A stretch of 64,000 nt of DNA from Hydrolagus colliei. Taxonomy: Eukaryota. This document shows positions 38,190 to 47,985 of the stretch, piece by piece (positions within the stretch are counted from its first letter, which is position 1; the number at the start of each line of letters is the position of its first letter). The notes under the pieces were generated by a model. It was not told where the DNA came from. It saw only the letters and a program-made list of their open reading frames with translations, and ran no database searches. The DNA is taken from positions 79,174,001 through 79,238,000 of the forward strand of contig CM068742.1 in the NCBI GenBank assembly GCA_035084275.1, in the 5' to 3' direction. The position numbers were made by a program, and so were the translations under genes.

Positions 38190-38307
38190 GAGCGAAAGAC
38201 AGAGCGAAAGACAGAGCGAAAGACAGAGCGAAAGACAGAGCGAAAGACAGAGCGAAAGACAGAGCGAAAGACAGAGCGAAAGACAGAGCGAAAGACAGAG
38301 CGAAAGA
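38190..38307 (+). repeat. Perfect 12-bp tandem repeat (GAGCGAAAGACA) x ~9.8
   Basis: Directly visible with no mismatches. Confidence 0.95.
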
Positions 38308-38319
38308 GTGGGGTTAGAA

Positions 38320-38345
38320 CAGTGGTTCCCAACCTTTTTTCCCAA
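38320..38345 (+). mobile_element. hAT-Charlie-like terminal fragment
   Basis: CAGTGGTTCCCAACCTTTTT preceded by GGTTAGAA, which fits the NNNTAGAN target preference; no partner end found. Confidence 0.4.
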
Positions 38346-38449
38346 CTCGCAAGTAGCCTCTTTATGATTGAAGTTGATAGAAAGAGGAAAGGCAGCGGTA
38401 GCTTGTGCCTATTTCACCAGTTAAGATTACGAGGTTTTCAAGATCATGA

Positions 38450-38790
38450 GGGGATTCGACAGAATAAACAGGGAAAAACAGTTTCCATTCATGGGTGTAT
38501 CAGTGACTCATGGTCACAAATTTAAAATAGTTTCAAAATGAACCAGAGGAGAGTTGAGGAGAAATGTTTCCACTCAATGGGTTGTTCAAATCTGAAATGC
38601 ATTGCTTGAAAAGGTGGTGGAGACCGATTCAATAACAACTTTTAAAAGAGAGGTAGACATGTATTTGGGGAGGACAGGTTTGCACAGTTATGGGGAGAAA
38701 GCTGGGCAGTGGGATTGAATTGCTCTTTTCAAAGAGCCGGCAAAGACTAGATGGGCCGAATGGCCTCCTTTTGTGACGTAAGATTCTATA
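38450..38790 (+). mobile_element. CR1 LINE 3' end
   Basis: G..RRNVSTQWVVQI.NALLEKVVE-like decayed frame; GATGGGCCGAATGGCCTCCT...ATTCTAT tail. Confidence 0.8.
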
Positions 38791-41057
38791 ATCACAAACT
38801 GTTTTGTAGCTCTACTGATATACAACATACTCTTCAGTACACAACAAGCTGACAATGGGTTCCTTTACAGCTTTTCCACTAATATGGAAGCAATCTTAAA
38901 AGTACTCATTTAAGTAGTAATACACTATTTGTGTGACTTCCAAATACTCTATAGCATACCAGGGAGGACCATGTATTGGAAGATGTAACAGATGGTGAAG
39001 TTAATGATGGTTCTGGGCATACTGCAGCCCTGCAATTTAATCAGATTTCTTACTCAAAAGATGAAAACACTGAGAAAATTGAGTTCTGGGAGAAAAATCT
39101 TTTAATGGGGAGTGGGGTACAACCACTATAAAACAGCTGCAGACTTCAATTGAACAGTCCCTTTCAAAATATTTCAAAATTGGCTTCATTTTGCTCCTTG
39201 TGGCATTGACCACCCATATGAAACAAAACTAAAGAGGGTTGGAAGAAGACCATGGCTATAGAAAAATACATGGCTAACTTTGTGACTATGTTTGTAGAGA
39301 GGCAATGGCATCTTCCCATCCAGCCCCCTTCCCTGTCATGTCATTGATACAAGTGTATACAAGCTATACAAGTGTCATTTGTTGTTTCTTGATGGATTTT
39401 CACTTAAGGAACCTTCAAGGTTGATGGTGTAGCCTTTTTCCAGGACTGAAGGGATGATAATTATTGTGTTGCAGCATCATGTACCTCCTATATTCATCCA
39501 CCTCAGAGGTTTGCACCAAATTGCATCCAATAACTCCGATAACCCTTGACACTGATGCTTATGCCTTTGCTGTGCAAAGGCATAAGGCATAATTCCCATG
39601 GAGGAGCATGTCCTCCATGGGAATTATTAAGGAACCAAAATTGCTCTCCTGGTGTTTTTCACCTCTTCTTACTACATATACCATGCTATATCATCATCTT
39701 GGTTCTATATGAAGAAATATTTGTTGCCACACTTTCTCTGGTCATGACCTGTTCAGTGCCATAGTTCAGGTCCCACAGGGCACACTGGAAACAATGGATA
39801 TATCAATGGAGCAGTTGCATGCTTATTTGGTGGTCTTTTCCATGTGCCATGATGCTCTGTCACTTCAGTTCAAATGAAGTAGGTAGAATAAGACTGAATG
39901 TCAGAAATATGATTTTTTTTTGTCGCAAAATTTGCCCATGGAAATTTTATTTTCTTAAAGTGAACTATGCCTGAATTATTTTCTAAGATTCCATTATGTC
40001 TACATATTTTTCGAATCTGATGGAACACACAGAATTTCAACACCCCAAAATGAGATCTAATCTGTGTCTCATCTCTACCTACAATTGTCACAGTTCCAGA
40101 TCTCACAAAGGTCTCTTCTACTCCCATTGTCCTACTTGGTGGGGCTCATAAGAAAAATTATAGAGGATCTGTAACCTTGCAGCTTTCTTCATAAATTTTC
40201 CATTAACAGCTGCGAGCAATAAGACTCTAGGGTATAGGTAATGCCTACAGCCAAAATGAGGACATCTTTAGTCTTATTGTTCTCCTGAGAACCGTTGGCT
40301 TCGGACAATCTATTTGGTTAATGTGTATTGGTCCCCTTCAACTGCTAAAGACCATAAACAATTTTATGCAGCATCTGTCACACTGATGTGTTCCTTACAT
40401 ATGATCTATAGCTACAGGCTAGATCTCTTCATGGAATAAAACATGACAATCAATTTAATCCATGTCTAATAGGATTTATTTGTGGATCAATGGTGACCAA
40501 ATTTCCTATCCCCTTCTAAATAGCTACTATTTGTACATTAATTTTAGATCAATCCCATCTCAGATATATTTTGATATTAACCTCTCCTGTTCATTTTTCT
40601 TTTAGAAGTGATTTACCCATGCTATTTAAACTATTTGCCTTTAAGATAGAACGGATTCTCAGAGATGGGAGTCGTATTGAACTTGAACGTGTGAAGCTGA
40701 CCTGGAATTAATCAATGGATCACTGGAAAAGATGTGCTGGTTCTTTAAATGTGAAAGAAATACCGGATAGTTCAACAACACCATCATCTACTGATCCATG
40801 TGCGGAAAATGCTACAATCAAATGCCTGCAATTCCATCTCACCTTATCTCCTGAGACCATTTTGATTTAAAATTTAAGGCAGTTCAGAAGAAAGATGAGT
40901 GCTTAAATTCAGACTTTTTTGGCTTCCGTGGTTAACTGTGAGCTGAGTGGGAAGAGTCTCTCCGTGTCCTGCTAATGAGCCACACTAGCAGACTGTCATC
41001 AACAGTGCCCAACTCGGGGGAGTTTGACTTGATTGTGACATTCCTTTGCCAAAAGTA

Positions 41058-41260
41058 CAACAACAACTTGCACTTATATAACGCACTCCACATTACCTCC
41101 AGGGTGGTGTCTCAGATCATTTAACAGTGGCAGAGCCTGACTCCGAGCTGGGTGGTGGTTGTGGAGGTGGGTGATGGTTGCGGGGGGCTGTAAGCACATT
41201 CAAAGAGGAAGGTCTTCAGGTGGGACTTGAAAAAGGGGAACAAGGGGTTAAAGCAGAGGG
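41058..41260 (-). mobile_element. Old L2 3' fragment
   Basis: ACAACAACAACTTGCACTTATATAACGC tail. Confidence 0.5.
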
Positions 41261-41819
41261 ATTCATGTAATCCTGTAGACTAGTTCAGCTCAATTACTCC
41301 TCCAAACCCTGTATTCCCAGGAGGATATTACTAGTTGGTCATTTCACATCCGATAAAAGCAGATTTGAGCCCTCATTTGGAATCTAATTTGGATTCATTT
41401 TAATAACTGTGCAAAACTGCCTTCCTACTAAATTTGGTATTTAAACATGAGCAGTATATAGGAAATCATGTCAATAGCATCCTGCTGTCAGCCATTTTAT
41501 CTTCCTGCCAGCTGGCATTTTGAAGTGATTTGTATTTGAGTAAGTAAATGTTATACTTCACACTTCAATTATGATGTAAGGAAACCCATATTATTATGAA
41601 GCATGTTTTAACATGACTCTAATGTAGCTGGTCATTAGACATCTGACAATCTTAGATTTGAGCCCTCACTAGATGGATGGTAGGTACCTGTCAGCTTCCT
41701 GGTTCAACATAAAACACGAGAGAACATTGCCACTAATCTCTTGTTCACGATCAGACATATAACCATGCCCACTGAGCAATGGCATATCAATTGAGGTGGA
41801 TTCCCATACCCTTGATATA

Positions 41820-42105
41820 TGAACTTACATAGAATTACGTAGAATATACAGCATAGAACCAGGCCATTCGGCCCAATTGGTCTATGCTGCCATTTATGTT
41901 GTACATGTGCAACATAAATGTCTTTCCTTAATTTAGCTTATCAGCAGAAAGTTCTATTCCTTTCTCCCATGTGTACTGTCTACCTTCCCCATCAATGCAT
42001 CTATGCGATTCGCCTCAACTACTGTTTGTGATAGCAAGATCCACATTCCCACCACTCTCTGGGTAAAGAAGTTTCTTCTGACTTCCTTATTTGATTTATT
42101 GTGAA
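41820..42105 (-). mobile_element. CR1 LINE 3' end
   Basis: CATAGAATT...GGCCATTCGGCCCA; TCCACATTCCCACCACTCTCTGGGTAAAGAAGTTTC (FFTQRVVGMW in reverse). Confidence 0.8.
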
Positions 42106-42196
42106 CTTGTGTTCACAAAAGTGGGCTCCAGATAACATTGCCTCAAGATTGGGAGATTTCTCTGTTTCAGTCGAAGATCAGTAGAGATTACGAAAG

Positions 42197-42330
42197 CAAA
42201 ACACAAAATACTAGAGATGCTGGAAATCTGAAACTAAAACAGAAGTTGCTGGGGAAACTCAACAGGTCAGGCAGCATCCATGGAGAAAGGAAAAAGAGTC
42301 AACGTTTCGGGTCTATAATTCTGTCAGAAC
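42197..42330 (-). mobile_element. Penelope-like short element (single arm) with 14-bp TSD and degenerate hammerhead
   Basis: Close match to arm 5734-5833. TSD AGAGATTACGAAAG (42183-42196) / AGAGATTAGGAAAG (42331-42344). Minus strand begins GTTCTGACAGAATTATAGACCCGAAACGTTGACTC. Confidence 0.8.
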
Positions 42331-43914
42331 AGAGATTAGGAAAGGTTTAGTTAAGGTGGACATTGAGAGATTGTTTATACTTTATTCTTTATATTGTTCA
42401 TACATTGTTCTCATGATGCATACATGAGAGAGAAGGGAATAGAGAGGGATAATAAAAGAATATGGAGGGGGTTGAGGAGAAAAAAAAATCTGCACAGTCT
42501 AGTTGGGACAAATAGCTTGTTTCTATTGTGGTCTCAGGGAATTACTGGACTCATCACTCACAATGTAAAAACATGTGTGGCAGCAAAAATCAAGCCAACC
42601 AGGAAGCCAGGCTATATAGTTAACACAGTTGAGTTCAGATCCCAAGATGTTATACTATGGCTTTATAGTGCTTAATAGTGTTCAAGCTTAAAAGTGGCAT
42701 ATTCTCTCCGTAAACAAAAGAAGATCACCTGTAAGTCACTCTTTCAACCCCAGTATTTGCTGATTTAGCAGCTCTCAATCCCCAGCATGCACTGAATTAG
42801 TTTATAACAAATTGCCAAATTTCAAACGTGTTCAGTACAAACTCTGTTTTGGCATACAATAGATTTTGCACACTGACCAAAGCTCAAAGCTCTTCAATAT
42901 CTAACAAGAACAAGTCAATGACTTCTAAGCTATTATTCACAGAACAAGATTCACAACAAAGAGAAGTAATGCTGTTGTGCATTCAAATATATGGCTACTG
43001 ATCCAACTCCCTTTTTAGATGAAGCTCGTTCATCATCATTATGTTATTCCGTGTACACAATGTGTCAGGCTGTGCAATTTGTACTTCTCCTCAATTTAGA
43101 GAATGAGCTGTCTTTGTTCACATGTCACAGAACGCTGTAGTTTAGATGTGTGATGAGAAGAATAGATTGATTATTCACCAACTAATTATTCTTGTATTTA
43201 AAGAGCCATTGTCAAGGACGAGAGCCAAAACCTAATACCCCCATTGTGAAGAGCAGCCTTTAACAACAGTGTCAAAGCTGTGATTGCATTATACAGTGGG
43301 CTCTTTAACCTTCAGATCCCTGGAAATATGCCCCAGTGAAAATTCTCAAATAGCAGGTGAAGGGCATTTGCATGTTCATCAAGCCAATAATCCACATGCT
43401 GCAGCGAATGCCAATGGCTTGGTTTCTAGAAAGCATATGGTCTCCCAACATTTTTGACTGTATAAGTTCACTTTTTTTTCACAAAATAAGCCTTTCACAG
43501 AATCTTACCGTAGCACAAAGGGAAGCAATTTAGCCCATCATGCCTATGCTGGCTCTTTAAATAGCGCCAACTAGTCCCATTCCCAATCTCTTTGCCCATA
43601 GCCAAGTAAATTCTTCATTTTTAAGTACCTACCCAATTCCATTTTAAAAGCTATTATCGAATCTGCTTCCAACAGCCTTTCAGATAGTGCATTCTCTACT
43701 TATAAAACCAAGGATCCCATACACTTTTTTAACCACTTTGTCAACTTGTCCTACCACCTTCAAAGATTTGTATATGTGAATTCCCAGGTTTCTCTGTTCC
43801 TGCACCCACTTTAAAATTGTTTGATTTATCTTATATTGCCTCTCCTCATTCTTCCTCCCAAAATGCATTACTTCATACTTGTCTGCATTATGGAGTCCTA
43901 TAACTCAGTGGTTA

Positions 43915-44860
43915 TACGATCGATGTTCTGACAGCATGTCTGTCCGACATCGAATCGTGGACGAGGGACAACGTTTTGCAATTGAACGTGAATAAGACCG
44001 AGGCCCTCCTGATTGGCTCAAGCCAGCGCCTCCGCACATCGGGCGCTGCCAGCCTCAACATCCAAGGCTGCACTCTCCACCTCACAAAGCCAATCAGGAA
44101 CCTCGGCATCATGTTCGATCAAAAACTTTCCTTCCTCCCCCACATCCGCGCCTTGACCGGCACCGCCTATTTCCATCTGCGCAACATTGCCAGGCTCCGC
44201 AACTATCTTACCCCCCGCGCTGCCGAAACACTTGTGCATGCTTACATCACCTCACGGCTGGATTACGGAAATTCTCTCCTAGTTGGCCTCCCCAGTTCCT
44301 CCATTCATAGGCTGCAGGCCATCCGAAACTCTGCAGCCCGTGTACTATCCCGCACCCGCCTCCGTGACCACATAACCCCCACCCTCGCCCATCTCCACTG
44401 GCTCCCCATCCTCCAGAGGATCGAGTTTAAGATCCTCGTCCTCACCTACAAGGCCTTACACGGCCTTGCCCCATCCTACCTAACTGATCTACTCTCCCCC
44501 TACACGCCCACCCGGACCCTCCGTTCAACAGGACTTGGCCTGCTCCAAGCTCCCCGCCCGAACCGCCCCACCATCGGAGGCCGGGCCTTCAGTTTCTCCG
44601 CTCCCACCCTATGGAATGCCATCCCTCAATCCCTCCGTTTCGCCTCTTCCCTTTCCTCTTTCAAGGCCGGTTTGAAGACTTTCCTCTTCGATTGTGCCTT
44701 TTGTTCCACCCCGAACTCTTTTACTTCCCCTTCGTGTTTCACCCCTTCCCAAACACTCCCCTCCCAGCTCGGGTCACACGCCTCTTGTTCAGCGCCTTGG
44801 GACGTCCTCCCGACGTGAAAGGCGCTCTATAAATGTAAATTGTTGTTGTTGTTGTTGTTG
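43915..44860 (+). mobile_element. Young 5'-truncated L2 LINE with open ORF2 C-terminus
   Basis: 280-aa open frame (LQLNVNKTEALLI, RNLGIMFD, ITSRLDYGNSLL, LHWLPI, GGRAFSFSAPTLWN); (TGT)n tail; TSD TGGTTA at 43909-43914 and 44859-44864. Confidence 0.92.
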
Positions 44861-45070
44861 GTTAAAGCACTCGCCTTGCAAGCAAGAGCCATGCATTTGT
44901 TTCCAGGCAGGGCAAAACCTTGGGCAAGTTTCCTTACTCCACCTGCCTGATAATAACCCCTTAAAAAAAGAACAATAACAAATTGGTCACTTTAATCCAT
45001 AACTGTTTGTGGGACGATGCTGTGCGCAGTTGGCAGCTGTTTTTCACCCAGTTAATTCTCTTTACAGTAT

Positions 45071-45353
45071 GGTAAGGCTGGCTGGCTATCAGGGGCGTCC
45101 ACGCAATCCAATCCTCCTCCTGCCTCACTCCGGCGGGTGCCATTACAGCAGAAACCAAAGCAGCGTCACTTCCCGCTGTTGATGGATGGCTTGAGTTCTG
45201 GTTATGGTTGATGACCTAATTACATTTGGTTTGGTCCCCAGCTGCCGACCTAGGGTGGCCTAAGGATGGGAGGGGAAGCACACCTCCAATGAGGGCAGTG
45301 GGGAATCACACTGGTCTCAATGGCGACACTTTTAATAAAATGTTCCATATAAG
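45071..45353. mobile_element. Unclassified 283-bp insertion
   Basis: Interrupts the SINE at CAGTAT|ATT with GTAT duplicated (45067-45070, 45354-45357); AATAAA at 45334-45339. Confidence 0.6.
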
Positions 45354-47215
45354 GTATATTTTGTGAAGTGCTTTGAGACGTTTAGAAGATGTGAGATGGG
45401 CTATATCAAATGCAAGGATTATTATTATTGTTATATTCTGTGAAGTGCTTTGAGAAGTCTAGAAGATGTGAAAAGCACTATATCAAATGCAAGGATCATT
45501 ATTATTATTAAATTCCAATGGCCATACATCTGCTATTTCATCAGCCTATTTACATCCTCCTGCAATCTGCTACTGTCCTCCTCATTGTTTACTGCTTTTC
45601 CAAATTTTGTGTCATCTGCGAGCTTTCAAATTTTGCTCTCTTTATTATCATTCACTATCATTCATAATTTCTAATTTGAAATATAGCCATTTAGACCTGA
45701 TGCTGAGCATTAAACTATGCTGGACAATGTACGTTTGGAGATTGAGTGATTACTAGATAATGCCATAGTCACCCCATAGCCACTCCCCCCCCTCCCCCCA
45801 TCACCACTCTTTTCTGCCTCCTCCCCACATTTCCTACAATCTCATAAGCCTACAAGCACTCAGTTTCAGGCTCATACATGAATGGCCACATGAGCATGGT
45901 AAAAAATTGTATACAGTATTTAGCAATGTGGAATTATACCCCAGTGCAAGGAAAATTGTCGAAAACTTTCAGTAGAGGAGGTCGACAGCCCCATAAAGTA
46001 AAACCATGAATAAAATTAATATAATAGGATGGATTACTAATAGGACACACCAGTAATAGGGTATATCAGTAATAGGCTACACTTACTGATAAGTGTACTT
46101 CGAGATGAAGTAAAAGCTAATTAAAATAATAAAAGTGAAAGTTAGAAATATGGAGAACAGAGGTGAAAGTGGTAGAATAGTCTTGCTTTACTATTTATGT
46201 TGTGTTTCTATTATTTAAATTGTCCTTTTTATATCGTTCAACATTGATAAACCTACTGCTGAGGTTTGAGGAATATTTATGAATGTTATATTTGATTTAT
46301 TCCAGCTTTACGTTCATAAACTGAAAACTCAAAAGAAACTGTGGTTGCCTAGAGGGGAACTGAAATTTCTCTGGCCCCATTGGGCAGCCTAAGGATTGAT
46401 ATTCTTCATGCATATCTCTGGCGTTTGGTTGAATTGTACATGAATAAATAGGTTTACAGTTATTTGTCCCAAAGTGAGTGATAAGAATTACTTTTTCCAT
46501 TCCAGTAGTGTACTTATATTGAAACTGTTGAAGCCTGGCAATATCTTACCACTTTGAGTATAAATCTTTCCCTGTAAAATATTATTGTTTCCATAAAATA
46601 ATAGCAATTGGCAACTGAAGTGAAATATCTACAAAGGATTTCCAGATCCTGCAGAAGGTGGAGACGCATACATCCGCACACTTATTCATTACTTTTCAAA
46701 TCAAACGACTGTATCAATGCAGTAAAAACAATGTGAACACAAACACACAGAAATATTTAGCACAAAAGGAGGCCATTCAGCCCACTGCACAAAGCACATT
46801 CAGTAGTCCTCCTGATGTGAAAGGTGTTACATAAATGTAAACTGTATTATGTCAATGCCATTTTCCATTTTCGTCCAATCATCTCACTGACTTGCTCATT
46901 TCTTTGCTCCTTAATATTTACTCAGGTGTTTCACAACTTTCCTTTTCAATGATTCTATTGGTACAACCTCAACAGCCAAGCTTGGTAAAATCATTTTACA
47001 CTCTAACAATACGTTGAGTGAAGAAATTTCTTCTAAAAATCTAACAATAGCAGGATTTACAGTGAAGAGCACCACAACCTGAATTTCGCCAAGCAATGGT
47101 GGAAGACTAATTAAAAAAATGAAAAACGAAGTTAATGAATCATTTGGTTTGCTCATTGCTCAGCCCAAGTATATATCTTATCAAGATCTCTTTTTAAGAT
47201 CTTTTCCTGCCTCAT

Positions 47216-47436
47216 CTCAGGTAGCAAGCCCATGTGGGGGCCATATGGGTCCTATATGGGCCAGCCCATATTCTGCCCACATGGGCTTGCCCAGTTTTTT
47301 CCCATATGATACCCAAATGGGCTAGCCCAAGTAGATCCCTATATGGACTAACCCATATGGGATACATATGGGTCGATCCATGCCCATATGGCCCGGGTCA
47401 TGCCCATATGGGCCCCACATGGGCTTGCTACCTGGG
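47216..47436. mobile_element. MITE with ~34-bp TIRs and 2-bp TSD (CMC/EnSpm-like)
   Basis: CTCAGGTAGCAAGCCCATGTGGGGGCCATATGGG ... CCCATATGGGCCCCACATGGGCTTGCTACCTGGG; AT on both sides; internal CCCATATGGG-like repeats. Confidence 0.88.
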
Positions 47437-47662
47437 ATCTGATTCCACCATCTAGATGTTATAGGGAAATACCAGAAAAATCAGTTTTACTGGAAAATAG
47501 AGTATAAATTAACTCTATTAAGACAACATTTTGGTGCATGCAGAACTGTTCTATAAGTTTTTAAGTAGAGTAAAACCTTGTTTATCTGATACCCAACTAA
47601 CTGGCATACTCAACCAACCGTTATCTCCCAATTGTATTAGGAGATCTGCGACACTCGCGGTA

Positions 47663-47985
47663 TCAATCAATCAATTAAAACGTACATTTATATAGTGCCT
47701 TTCACGTCGAGAAGACGTCCCAAGGCACTGTACAGTTAGATAGGGACAAGAGCAGGTAGAGGAGGGGTCAGGATAAAGAAGATTAGGAAAATTAAATGTA
47801 TATTTGTGGGCAAAATGCGGCAGCCAATTTGCGTACAGCAGTGTCCCACAAATAGTCATGGAAGTGGGACTAAGGGGAAAAGGGGGGAAAGATGGCAAGG
47901 GGAGGGATCGGGGTAGGGGGAAGGAAAGCAGGAAAGCCTACTGTATTTTTGTGGGTGAAATGCGGCAGCCAAATTGCGCACAGCA
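47663..47985 (-). mobile_element. L2-tailed element with two tandem copies of the SINE body segment
   Basis: (TCAA)n tail and L2 stem-loop; TGTGGG..AAATGCGGCAGCCAA.TTGCG.ACAGCA occurs at ~47800-47850 and ~47940-47985. Confidence 0.7.

Larger units (their letters stand above)
43892..45510 (+). mobile_element. Short-subfamily SINE split by two insertions, with duplicated tail
   Basis: Head 43892-43914, body 44865-45070, tail 45354-45430, second tail 45432-45510. Confidence 0.8.
43498..45670 (-). mobile_element. CR1 LINE 3' fragment split by nested insertions (pieces 43498-43890 and 45511-45670)
   Basis: ORF 43680-43868 MHFGRKNEERQY...LGIHIYKSLK...YGILGFISR. Homology resumes at 45511 with ADDTK (TTTTGTGTCATCTGC). 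ATTA lies at both junctions. Confidence 0.8.

Noticed and set aside
38190-38307. CRISPR-like array
   Set aside because: No spacers, eukaryotic context, no cas genes.
38104-38525. SERQ/TERK repeat ORFs
   Set aside because: Translations of a 12-bp tandem repeat; no splice or codon evidence.
39540-39650. Parvovirus/AAV-type T-shaped terminal repeat
   Set aside because: The flanks of the twin hairpins do not pair to form the A/A' stem, and no Rep/NS1 ORF was recognised nearby.
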